A stretch of DNA of 64,000 nt, from NCBI RefSeq assembly GCF_036321535.1, contig NC_087438.1:11906001-11970000 (forward strand), in the 5' to 3' direction. Shown here piece by piece: positions 25,746 to 37,586 of the stretch. The notes below the pieces were generated by a model that worked only from the letters and a program-made list of their open reading frames with translations, did not search any database and was not told the DNA's origin. Positions within the stretch are counted from its first letter, which is position 1. Every line of letters starts with the position of its first letter. The position numbers and the translations under genes are program-made. The DNA is from Camelus dromedarius (taxonomy: Eukaryota).

Positions 25746-27849
25746 AAGAGCTTATGAAGTCTGGTTGTCCTACATTCAGAAACGTCACTAATCGTTCCAG
25801 TGATGTCAGAAGGTTCTGCAAGTTTCTTAAGAACATTTCACCTATAATTTCAGGATTCACTCACAACCATCACTTAGATCCAGTGCTTCATTAAGGAGGG
25901 AGATAGCATTTTCTTAGTGTCATTCCTTCTGCATTAGTTAGGCATAATTCTGTAAAGAATAATATATCCTTGTCAATTTTTTGGCCTCCCTGAAATAGAG
26001 ATTGTATAGGAAGGGCAGGACAAATTCTTTATTCTTTTGATGTATCTATCAATTTTTAGAGTAATGAGTTGGTGTTCTTAAAACCACCAATGGCAACTAG
26101 TAAGTTTAAAAAAATCAGTATTATTTAACTCATAAATTCTTATATACATAATATATTGAGTGTAATTATTATTCTTTTTGATAGTCATACTGTGCCATTT
26201 TGGCTAATGAGATCTCTGTCAAATTGGCTTCCTTTGGACATGATCTATTTAGTTGTTGATAGTTTCTGGCTTTACTGCATTTCAAGATTTCCCAGGCTCA
26301 TTTTCTACATTATATATTCTATATAGATTTCCAAAAAGTGATTTACTAGATCAAAAGGAATAACTATCTTTAAGGTGGTTTGACTGAATGCAAAGTGGCT
26401 TTAGAGGTGGATAGACCAGGATTAGAATCCAAGCTCTATTGCTTCCCTGCTTTGGGGACCTAGAAAGGGCTTTATCTCTCATCATGATGATAATAGGACC
26501 TCTTATAAGGAAGAGGAAGTAATAATAACGTATAGAATTATTTTATTATAGTGCTAAGTGGAAAAAATAGGACTCACAATTATATTTAAAAAGTCATAGA
26601 GAATTATTGTGATCAAATATGCTCACATGTCCATAGTGGTGTCTTGGACGGTGGGACTACAGGTCGTGCAGTCTCTTCTTTCTGCTTCACACTGTACTTT
26701 TCCACACAAGCTGGAAGGGAAAGAAGTAAGATGACTTCATTTATAAATAATAAGCCCACACCACAAATCCCATAGTGTTGATGAAAATTCATTTGGGGTA
26801 TGATTTATCGCATACTCTATTTGTATCTTTCGTGGTCAATTTAACCCACTTGTCCTTTAATAGAATTTAATGCAAACTCTGTAATAAAGAAAAACACTGA
26901 TGTGCCTACACTCTGCCATCTGCTTCCTTTCTCTATATTATATCGTATTGATTTCAAGGGACCAGGTCAAAGCGGAGTGTGTCCTGCTTTCAAGGATGAC
27001 CTCTGGCGGCTCATGCTCTTCTGCCTCCTCGTTCCCGGGGGAGAACCTCTAGGTTCTGGGCTGACAGCTGATGGCAGAGCAGCAAACCAGGAAGCAAAAT
27101 AAAATCTCCCTTTGACACGCTTATAAATCAGTTTTCCTATGGGACAGGATGGTTGGTGCTGGTGCACATTGAAAACAGTCTTATTGATCAGAAAACTAAA
27201 CCAGTTGGTTCTTTATTCACCTAGGGATTCAGGTTGATCTAGAGTGATTGTCAAGGATGAATTCATCTGTAATCCTTTAAAACGATGGCAAATGATAAAA
27301 ACTTTAGTGGAAGGTATCTATCTGCAGAGGTTTCTGAGCCAGGATTTGATCTGCTTTTCAGGAATGATATTTTGGTCTTGGAGTCAAGAGCCATAATTCT
27401 TCCTTTAAAATGGACAATGAAATTCTTCAGACACATGGGGTTTAAAGGAAGGTGATAATCAGACGTAACATTTTTCTTTATTTTTTTTTCTATTTAAGTA
27501 CATCTTATTTCAAAAGAGAAGTCTTGATTTTAATTTTGAATCAGTGTAGGCTTAAGTCTGACATTGGGGAAACTTGACTACCATACCGTGGTCTGATCAG
27601 TTGATTCTGAACAGTGAACTGCCTTTGACAGGTCTTCAGAAGGCTGTATAAGAAGAAACATGTAAAATAAAGTGTCTGGTAATTGCTAATAACTGGGAAG
27701 GTCTGCCTTTTCTCTTTCCTTTTCCTTTATGTTCCTCCCACCGATCAGCTGATTTGGAAGCTGATCTGTAGATGAGCCAAACCCAAGTATTTAGCATCTA
27801 GACCACTGTCACTAAAAGCCCTAGCTCCTTCCACAACACATGTTTTTTT

Positions 27850-28150
27850 TAATCTTATTTTTTATTGAAGTGTAGTCGATTTACAATCTTAGTTTCAGGC
27901 ATACAGCAAAGTGATTCAGTTATACACATACATACATAAATTTTTTTTTCAGATTCTTTTCCATTACACCTCATTACAAGAAATGAAATATAGTTCCCTG
28001 TGCTGTACAGTGCTAGGTCCTTGTTGTTTACCTATTTTATATCCAGTGATGTGTATCTTTTAACCCCAAACACCTAATGTATCCCTCCCACTGCTTCACC
28101 CCCTGGTAACTACAGCTTGTTTTCTGCATCCGTGAGCCTGTTTCTGGTTC
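27850..28150 (-). mobile_element. LINE-1 3' end fragment
   Basis: ttttattgaagtgtagtcgatttacaat...atagttccctgtgctgtacag...ccctggtaac. Confidence 0.75.
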
Positions 28151-31100
28151 AGCAACACCCCTTGAGTGAGCACTTGTTCCTGGTGCAGGCTCTCTGCATT
28201 CAGAGTTAGAAACACACTGAAGATGGAGATACAGCGCCTGCTCACAGAGACCTTACAGCCTGGCTGGCTGCACTGGACACAGCACACCTGTAAATAAGGG
28301 ACCAGCCCTGGCAGCACCAGGGGGGATGTGTGCTGTGACATGTGGTGACAGGAGCGTCCCCAGGACTGCACCGGTCAGGGTTCTCCAGAGAAACAGAACC
28401 CATGCTTCCCTCTCTGGGTCTCTCTCTCTTATTATGTTAAGGAATTGGGACATGCAGTTGTGGAGGCCAGCGAGTCTGACGTCCTCAGGGCAGGCGGCAG
28501 CCTGAGACCCAGGGGAGCTGATGTTGCAGTCTCAACTCAAACCTGAAGGCAGTCCTGAGACAGAGTTCTCTCTTCCTTTGTAGGGGGAAGCTCAATCTTT
28601 TTCTCTCAAAACCTTCAACTGATTGTGTGAGGCCCACCTACTTCACTCCTATGGCACAAATTCAAGATGCAAAACGGTATGCAGTGAAAATGAGCGTCCC
28701 TGTCTCCTGACCCCCAGCCCCCTCAGGCCCCTCCCCAGCGACGGCAGCTGACACCCGGTGTCACGTCCTTGTGGGAAGACTGTGCACATGTGAGCAAATG
28801 AGTGTAGGGACTCTGAACGCCATGCCGGCGAGAACACCTTGCTTTTTTCCAGTGAACAAAATATCTTGGAGATTATTCCACTTGAATTTGTTAGTTAAAG
28901 CTGCCTATTTTTATAGTTACGTACGATTCCAGTGTCCAAATGTACCATAATTCATCTAGTCAGCCCCCATCTGCATTGTTTGCAGGCCTGGGCTGGTGCA
29001 GACAACGTGGCCATAAAGATCCTGGTACACACATCCAACCTCTCCCCCTGTTTTGGCGTAAATCTCTAGGAGCAGAATGGCTACGTCTAAGCAGATGTGC
29101 ATTTGAACTGTTGACAAATTAGCAAGTTGCCCTCCATAGAGACCCTGCCAGTTAACACACCTACAACTGGTTCTTTTCAGCTCCAACTACAGATGCACAA
29201 ACATAACATCAAAGGCATCATTTCCAAGGGAGGGGCTGGATTTTGGCTGATCCCTTCTCTCCTCCTCCTCACGCTCCTGGACACCAGTCACCAGTGTTCG
29301 GGAGTCGGCTGCCTGGGTGTAGCCTGAGGAAGGGAACACAGTGAAGGGAACTCGCCTGTGGAGACAGCAACTCCAGACCTTCACATTATGAAATTTGGGC
29401 TCTGATCAAATATAAAAGTGTAGGTCTCCTCATGGTGACTTGCTCAAGGGTCACACAGCTCATGTGTGTCAGGAGCAGAACTTGAACAGGGGTTCTTGTT
29501 CATGTCTTGAGTTCTTGTGGCCCCAGCGTCATAGGTATGGGACCACGCCCACTGAGCTAAGTCACCCGCATCATTTATGAGCTCATCCATCTTCATCCTT
29601 AAAGAGCTGGTCCATGTGCATTGTTAGGACAGCGCCTGCTGCATAGTAAGCTCCCAGCACATGTTAGTGATTATCCTCCTTCTGGTTCCCTAGGCGGTGA
29701 GCCTGGGTGTGGAGTGGGTGGGTGGGGGAACTGGAGGAGACTGGAGGAGTCTGGGCATTGTTGGGGCCGGGCCTGGAGCAGCAGACACGGCTAGGATGGC
29801 CTCCCCACCCTCCCAGCTGTGTAATTCAAACAGCTCCAGCCTGGTAGCAGCATCTGAGTCCAGCGGGCAGAGGAGCATTTTTCTTAATTGAGAGGGAGCT
29901 AATGAGAGCTGCATTTCTTAGACTCTGCCCATTGGATGAGAACAAACATTAATTACCGCTGGGCTGGAAAAGGCCAGATACAACTGAGCAGAGAGAGGAC
30001 GTCTTCCCCCATCAGTGAGAAAGCTGTGTGCAGAGGACCGGCGCGCTTTCCAGCAGCGAACGTCCATCACCGGCCGTGGCGTTAAATACAGAGCAAAGGC
30101 CCCATAAAGCGGCATCCGCCTGGGAAGCAATTAAACGTGGGCCGCCCCGCAGCCACGCTCCAGCAGCCGCCTCTGTTGGAGCTTTCAAGGCTCAACAGCT
30201 TGTAGGATGACTGAGGAATAATAATGCTCGGGTTTTCTCTGTGGACTCAAGGAAGCCTGCGGAGGGAGAGCCAGTGTGTCCTCCTTGAAGCAAGATATGG
30301 ATGGCAGTGTCGCCTGCGTCTCCAGGGAGGGCGGGGCTGGCTCTCCCCTGGTGCCTCCAGCAGCTGCCTCTGTCACAAGGGACCCCATGGTCTACTGGTG
30401 GCGCCAATTAGGCACATTCAACACACCTGACGGGGAACCCAGGCTCCCAGGAAGCAATTGCGACCTGGTGCTGCTTCTTTTTACCAGTCGAAGCAACCTA
30501 CATGTCACATTCCCAGCCCCCATCCCGGCAAGGGCGTTTCCCTCTCCAGGCAGTGAGCCTGGGGCGTTTCTAAGTCTCCCGTCAATTGTGGGATTGGAAT
30601 GTGGGCCTTTGATTCCTAGGCCAGGGGTCCTTCCTCTGAACCACTGCATTCTGATCTGAAGATAAGTAACATAGTCCTGCGAGGACTTAGAATGAAGACA
30701 GTCAAGATGAGGAACCGAAAATGTTCCCAATGCCATTTTTCTCCTAATAATTGAATCTGCTCAGTAACCCTACCCCAGCAGGGAAATTGTAGGTAATCAA
30801 AAATAAAAATTAAAAACGCAAGCAAGGCATGTGTTATGCATGTGAGAGTGGGTTTTAGTTGATTTATTCAGTACTTTTTACACATATATACTAACAGCTC
30901 AAATATTCGGTTCTTCTTCCTCTTATCCTCAAATGATTGTCTATTGAGCATTTTCATTTCAGTTCCATTTTCTTCCAGGGGCACGCATACCTTCCAAATT
31001 ATTTCTCCGCAAAAGGAGTTCACCTTAATGGTAAAGTACCCACCTGTTGGTCATCACCTGATGGAGAAACAGGCTGCATTCATTCATCTGGCTTTTTGAC

Positions 31101-31863
31101 GCAATGAGCAACGTTAATGAAAAATTCCACACGTGTCTGCATCTCGTGATCCTTCTCCTCCTTTGTTCTGTGTTTATTCTTTGGGATCTCCTAGAATATC
31201 TCAGGGATGTGAACCCAGGGCAGACACATGTCAGCATCACTCGGTGTCTCTGGGTGGGGAGGGCGGGGCGGGCAAGACGCCATGAGGAGTGTTTATTCAG
31301 CGCATTCACAAAAGCATCTGACTGCGTTGAGGAACTCTGAGGGGGTAGGTGCTGATTTAAGTATTTCGCTCTAAGTTAAAACGCATCTTTTGAAGCGAGG
31401 TAAGAAAACAAAAAGCGTCCCCTAACGTCTGGGAGCTGGCCTGACGCTCATGCTGGGCCCTGGTTCTGCTCACGTAAACGGTCGCACAGGACACCCCAGT
31501 GTCGACAAGGTCACCTGAGACCACGGATGTGACACCAACAAGACCTCTGTGCACCCAGGAAACACCAGCCTCCTCCCCCTCAGCTGAGACCAGTGAGCGC
31601 CTCCTGAACCTGAGACAAGTTTCCTTTCTCCATCAGCCCTCCCCGTAGGTAAGCCTTGAATATCCCACCATAGACTCCCCCACGTTCTGACAGCACACAG
31701 TCCAGACCAAACCACTGCTCCCTTAGAACGTTCTTCCCTCCTCTTACCCACCCCCAACCCCTTTCTTCCAATCACCGAAGCAAAGCCCGGAGTCTAGACT
31801 AGGCTCCCCCATGGCCCTGTCACTGAGGTGCCCACGGCTCCTCCTGGTCTGCGTCCTCCCTCC

Positions 31864-32268
31864 TGTTACGGAAATGACAGGCCAGCCAAGAAACAAGCAC
31901 CACTCGGAGGGTTGGAGTACTCAGATTTATTACGCCGGCGGGCTCAGAGGGGCTTCTGCTCCGAAGCTCTGAGCACCTCCAAGACATGCACATGAGGTTT
32001 TATAGGGTTAATTACAAGTATGGGCTATCAGCCAATAAGGTTCAAACAAAAAGCAAGGAATCAGTACACTGGACCTTATCAGTTCGGAACAGATCACGTT
32101 ACTGACACTTGTTGAGCTTGGATTACGAGTTAGCTTGTTAGCCCAGTAAACTGACACTAAACTTCAGATTTACGAGTTAGCCTGGCAGAACTTACATCAG
32201 TAAACCGACACTTATCACACTTAGATTTGTGACTTAGCTCGTTAGCCCATCTGGGCTTTTCCTTCACA
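31864..32268 (-). repeat. ERV 3' LTR (405 bp)
   Basis: Preceded on the minus strand by PPT AAGAGGGGGGAA (32269-32280); contains TATAAAA at 31998-32004 and AATAAA. Confidence 0.97.
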
Positions 32269-32885
32269 TTCCCCCCTCTTGATGCTTTCACAACCCTTGT
32301 TGGAGTAAGCATCATCACTTACCTGTTGCAGGGGCTCATAATTGGAGGCTAACATCTGAAGTTTTATAGCCTCTATTTGCTCACTGACAAAGCGGGTCAG
32401 GAAGTTTAGGACACAGGGCCCAATTAGCAGAACTGCAAAAATCAGGAGTAAGGGACCTATGAACGGTGCCAGCCAGGAGATCCAGCCCCAGGGGCCTGTC
32501 CATGGGCTCTTATCTAAAATATGTTTTTTCTTTTTCACTCTGTCTTGTAACTCTTGAACCATTTCTCTGACAATTCCTGATTAATTGGCATAAAAACAAC
32601 ACTCTTTGATTAGGAAGAGGCATAGTCCCCCCTCTTTGGCCGTGAGTAAGTCCAGACCCCCTTCTGTTTTGTAAGACCACCTCGGCCAGAGAATCAATCT
32701 GATTTTGCAAAGTTTCCAGGGTTTTTGCTATTTGTTGGAGATCGTGGCTGAATTCACCTGTAAGCTGAAAATACAGGTTGGTACACGGACCACTTGTCAC
32801 CCGGTTCCATGCAGGTTCATTGTAAAGCCAAGGGGAGTGAGGGCATTAGCGTCAGTAGCATCAGCCTTATGATTATCTTAGACAT
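32242..32885 (-). pseudogene. ERV env remnant: signal-peptide-like start, SU deleted, TM with frameshifted immunosuppressive domain
   Basis: MSKIIIRLMLLTLMPSLPLA at 32885; LQNRRG/LDLL and CX6CC region split by a frameshift near 32660; TM helix PFIGPLLLIFAVLLIGPC. Confidence 0.85.
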
Positions 32886-33195
32886 GATGCTGTGGTGATG
32901 GCATTAATTATAACAAGATATAAAATAGCTATCAGGATTTTGTGGCCTATGTTCCAGTCAGGTGAGGCGGCGCTAGCTAGCCCCACTGCTAGTACGCAGA
33001 CTGGTATAGCAAACAAGGAAAGAGGCAAGGGAGCACAAAAGAAATACATTTAACAGCTGTGTTGAGCTTTCCTCAAGCTTCGGCCATGCGTTGACTAGCC
33101 AGCTTCCGGGTGTGGCTAGAGCAGGGCTCGTCAATCCTTTTCTGGTCCCTCTTGATCTTGATCTTGAGCGGGTCTCCCGGGACACTCTCAATTTT

Positions 33196-34850
33196 TCAGG
33201 GACCCTCCGTCTGAGGTGCAGTCGCTCTCTTGACCCTGGAGTGGTGGATCCAAGGGATGATTCCTGCAACTTTAACAGCTGTAGGAGTAGTTAATACCAC
33301 TAAATATGGTCCCTTCCATGTTGGTTTGAGAGGTTCCTTTTTCCAATCCTTCACCCATACCTGGTCACCTGGTTTATGGGGATGCACTTGGACCCCTAAT
33401 GAAATGGGGGTTTTCTCTATCACCCAACCCCAAACTTCTCGTAGTACTTTTCCTAGTCCCAACAGTTGTTGGTGAAGCCCTAAATTTCCTATTTCTGGGG
33501 TGGGATTTCTCATCCTGACTAAAGGTGGCGGTCGCCCGTAGAGGATTTCAAAGGGAGCGTACCCAGTATTAAATCTTGGGGTGCATCTAATTCGCAACAG
33601 AGCCAGGGGTAGAATGTCCACCCAGAGGAGCTGGGTTTCTTGGCTGATTTTAGCTATCATTTGTTTTAGAGTTCTGTTCATTCATTCTACCTTCCCTGAG
33701 CTTTGAGGCCGGTATGCTGTGTGCAGGTTCCAGCGGATGCTCAGTGCCTTTGCCACTTGCTGTACAATTTCTGCCACGAAGGCGGGTCCATTGTCAGACA
33801 CAATGGAGGTAGGTATTCCAAATCGAGGGATAACATCCCTGAGGAGAGCCTTTGTCACTTCCCTTGCTTTCTCTGTCCTGGTGGGGTAGGCCTCTACCCA
33901 CCCTGTGAAGGTGCAGACGAAAACCAGCAGGTACTTATATCCCTTACTGGGCCCAAGTTCAGTAAAGTCCACTTCTAAATCTTCAAAGGGAGCCAATCCG
34001 CATCGTTGTATTCCCATTGGCCCAGTTAGCCCTTGTTTTGGATTGTTTTGTGCACAGAGCAAGCAGCGTTGTGAAACTGATGCACACAGAGTAGGGAGAC
34101 AAGAAATTAGGAAATATCGCTTTAAGAGGGCCTCCAAAGCCATTTTTCCCATATGTGTGGCTTTGTGTTGTTGTTGGACTAGACGATAAGCTAGTCGTTC
34201 TGGGATGAAAACCCTTCCATCCGTCATGATCCACCATCTGTCCTTTCCTTTCTTACCTCGTTCAGCCTGTGCCCACTTGTTTTCATCATGGCTATATTCT
34301 GGGGCAGTGGGTAGCTCTGGCACTGCCATAACTTTAATTACTGAGTGTTCCCAGGCGGCTGCTTTTCTTGCCTTTTGATCAGCTAGCCTGTTCCCCTGGC
34401 TCACAGGGTCATTTCCTCTTTGGTGTCCCTTACAGTGAATAACGGCCACTTCCTTTGGATCCCATACTGCCTCCAGTAACTGTAAAATTTCTTCTTTGTT
34501 TTTGATTTCTTTTCCCCCAGCAGTCAAAAGTCCTCTCTCCTTATAGATGGCTTCATATACATGCAAGGTTGCAAATGCATATTTGGAATCGGTGTATATA
34601 TTGACTCGTTTTCCTTTCCCTTCCCTTAGTGCCTGGACCAGTGCCCAGATCTCTGCTCACTGAGCAGACCATCCTGGGGGAAGGGACTCTGCCTTTATTA
34701 CCTCTCGGGTTGTTGTTACAGCATAACCTGCTCGCCGCTGTCCATCTTGCATGTAACTGCTGCCGTCTGTGAAAAGTTCCAGGTCTGGGTTTTGCAGGGG
34801 CTTGTCGGTTAGATCAGGCCTGCTTGCATACACCTCTTTGATGATTTTTT
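33196..34850 (-). pseudogene. ERV pol remnant: RNase H and integrase
   Basis: FTDGSS, HCKGHQ, HHCC-like zinc site, DFTE, SDNGPAF, PQSSGKVE, WKGPY; interrupted by a frameshift near 34850 and TGA stops near 34658 and 33682. Confidence 0.92.
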
Positions 34851-34852
34851 TT

Positions 34853-35902
34853 TCAGTCGTGGTCAGGCTGCCCTTCCCCCTCAGGCAAATATGTGGCTGG
34901 GTTTAAGGTTCGCACAGTCTCTAGACGGACTCTTGGATTTTCACATAGAAGCCCCTGGTAGTGGGTCATCCTTGTGTTAGTTATCCATTTGTAACCTGGG
35001 CCGTTTATCAGGGCCACCACAGAATGGGGCACTTTTACATTTAAAGTTTGTCCCAGTGTGAGTTTGTTTGCCTCGTTGACCAGGAGGGCTGTGGCAGCGA
35101 GGGCCCATAAACAGGGTGGCCATCCTGATGTTACAGGGCCCAGTCTTTTAGACAAATAGGCCATAGGTCGCTGCCATGGCCCCACATTCTGAGTCAGGAC
35201 TCCAAGAGCGGTTTGGTCTCTTTCATGTACAAACAGATTAATCTCTCGTGTTACATCTGGTAAGCCTAGTGTTGGGGCTTGGGTTAGCAGTTCCTTTAAT
35301 TGCCTAAAGGCATTTTCTTGTTTAGTTTCCCATTTGAGGGTTTCTTTTCCTGATCCAGCAGTTGCTTCGTAGAGGGTCTTGGCTATTTTTGAAAACCCGG
35401 GGATCCAGATCCGGCAAAACCCAGCTGCGCCCAGGAACTCTCGCAGTTTTCTTTTTGTTTCCGGTCTGGGTATGGCGCAAATAACTTGTTTTTGTTCTGG
35501 TCCTAGGGCTCGGTGTCCCTCTGAGAGAATAAATTCGAAGTATTTGACTGTCTTTTTGGCCTGGACCAGCTGAGCTGCTAGTATCTTGTATTGTCCAGGT
35601 CCATTTGAGCAAAACTGAATCCATGGGGGTAGAGTCTGGGTGATATTTAGCCAGGAGTCAATGTAAGGGAATTGATCTGGGTGGCCTGGGGTTCCAGTGA
35701 TTATTTGATAGACTGCTCGCACTGTTGCTAGGTCCAGAGTTTCTCCTGAGGGCCACCCGACTCCAAAGGCCGGCCATTCAAGCTCACACAAAGTGCGGAG
35801 CCTGCCGGGGATCATTCGAATTCCATAGTCTCCTGAGAACCCCTTTTTGAAATTCTTAATCATGCAGTCTAGAGTGGTGGGTTTTAACTTAGAGCCTCCC
35901 AT
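34853..35902 (-). CDS. ERV Gag matrix fused in frame to RT thumb/connection (349 aa ORF)
   Basis: MGGSK myristoylation-type start and MA motifs (LCELEWP, GHPDQFPYI), then VKYFEF...LREFLGAAGFCRIWIPGF...TLNPATYLP of Pol; no CA, NC, PR or YxDD. Confidence 0.8.
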   Translation of the reverse strand: MGGSKLKPTTLDCMIKNFKKGFSGDYGIRMIPGRLRTLCELEWPAFGVGWPSGETLDLATVRAVYQIITGTPGHPDQFPYIDSWLNITQTLPPWIQFCSNGPGQYKILAAQLVQAKKTVKYFEFILSEGHRALGPEQKQVICAIPRPETKRKLREFLGAAGFCRIWIPGFSKIAKTLYEATAGSGKETLKWETKQENAFRQLKELLTQAPTLGLPDVTREINLFVHERDQTALGVLTQNVGPWQRPMAYLSKRLGPVTSGWPPCLWALAATALLVNEANKLTLGQTLNVKVPHSVVALINGPGYKWITNTRMTHYQGLLCENPRVRLETVRTLNPATYLPEGEGQPDHD

Positions 35903-37155
35903 TCTTTTTAGATGTTTAAGGATAATAGATCTGTTGCTTTAGATGTTTAGGAAGGTAGCCTTTATATCTTTTTCTTCTTTACTCTTCAAAACACCGGAGT
36001 TCCCAGGGAGACTGCTCTCTTGCTGGGTCTATGAGTTGTTTTAAGGCTAACTTGGTCAGGGACTCTGGGTTTCAGTCACAGCTGATGTCTCTGGAGGTCA
36101 AGGCCTCAAGCAGTTCCAGGGACTTTCTTCATTAAATTCTCTCTATATTCTGAACTAACGTATCAGGGGCGTGGGACTGACAACAGATGGTAAAACAAAT
36201 GGACTAGAAAAGGGACCTCTGAGGCCGGGTGAGCCCGGTCCTGAAGGAATTTGTCTTCTAAATTTGAGTCCTGGGGGCCTGAGGCTAGGCAAAAGGGGCA
36301 CTGCTTGGGTCAGTTCAGTAGGGGAACAATAAGTCTCAGGTGTTCTGTGACAGAATCAGGTAGGAGACTTTCTCATAGAAATAGCATCTTAGCCTCCGAG
36401 GGCACAGGGGCGATGACTCATTGGCTGTCTATGTCCTTTTCCCTCCCAGTGTAGCCACCCTGTGCCGGTGTCGCAGACAAGACAAGGGAGGGTTTTCGTT
36501 GCATCCGCCTGGCCGCTCCCCTTGCGGGGACGAAGGTGCCTCTTAGCTTTGGCGGGTCAGTATAAGCCGCTGACTCTGATCGGGACCCTGAGGGACCGAT
36601 ACCGCCCTGAGCCGTATGAGGTCACCACGGAACCGCAGGTTGAGACTCACTCGAACTCCGTAGCAGAATGCCGTGGAGCTACAAACTCGAGCCTGATTGC
36701 ATGCTTCACAGGCCGCTCATTCACACACACACACACACACACACACAGGTTAACAACATTCCTCCCACCAATACCAATATCCTGTTTCCTGTAGGAGGGG
36801 ATCCGCTTCCTCTTCTGTCCACTGGGACAGGACCTGATACCTGACCTGATTTCCCTGTCTGAAATATCATCAGACGGAGAGCCTGTAGGAGGGGATCAGC
36901 CTCCTCTTCTGTCCAATGGGACAGGACCTGATTCCTCCCGGGGGATCCTACCTTGTCCAGACTCACCTGGTGAGTCTGTCCGTCCCTCCACGGAGTCTGG
37001 CTCTGGTTGTAGCCCAGCCACCCGGGGGCCAAGTTGCCGTCACGAAAGAGAACCCGGAATACCGTCGGGCGGCGCCACCTCGTTCGCTACCGGAGTCCCG
37101 TCCCCCGGTCGGCCAGAGCCACCAGTCCAGCTGCTCAAGGGGCTGGCGTGGTTGT

Positions 37156-37173
37156 ATCTTGCTGGGGCCTCCA
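37156..37173 (-). other. Primer binding site, tRNA-Thr(UGU)-like
   Basis: TGGAGGCCCCAGCAAGAT; 17/18 match to the recalled 3' end of mammalian tRNA-Thr (ATCTCGCTGGGGCCTCCA). Confidence 0.75.
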
Positions 37174-37177
37174 GAAA

Positions 37178-37586
37178 TGTTACAGAAATGACAGGCCAGC
37201 CAAGAAACAAGCACCACTCGGAGGGTTGGAGTACTCAGATTTATTACGCCGGCGGGCTCAGAGGGGCTTCTGCTCCGAAGCTCTGAGCACCTCCAAGACA
37301 TGCACATGAGGTTTTACAGGGTTAATTACAAGTATGGGCTATCAGCCAATAAGGTTCAAACAACAAAAAGCAAGGAATCAGTACACTGGAGCTTATCAGT
37401 TCGGAACAGATCACGTTACTGACACTTGTTGAGCTTGGACTTACGAGTTAGCTTGTTAGCCCAGTAAACTGACACTAAACTTCAGATTTACGAGTTAGCC
37501 CGGCAGAACTTATATCAGTAAACCGACACTTATCACACTTAGATTTGTGACTTAGCTCGTTAGCCCATCTGGGCTTTTCCTTCACA
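37178..37586 (-). repeat. ERV 5' LTR (409 bp)
   Basis: Direct repeat of 31864-32268; adjacent to the PBS. Confidence 0.97.

Larger units (their letters stand above)
22870..26330 (-). mobile_element. Old L1M-type fragment(s) interrupted by the younger L1
   Basis: Degenerate antisense L1 3' UTR-like sequence on both sides of the TSD; boundaries approximate. Confidence 0.55.
31864..37586 (-). mobile_element. Class I (gamma-like) endogenous retrovirus, internally deleted provirus of 5.7 kb
   Basis: Two TG...CA LTRs, 4-bp TSD CTCC (31860-31863 and 37587-37590), PBS, PPT, gag/pol/env remnants. Confidence 0.97.
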
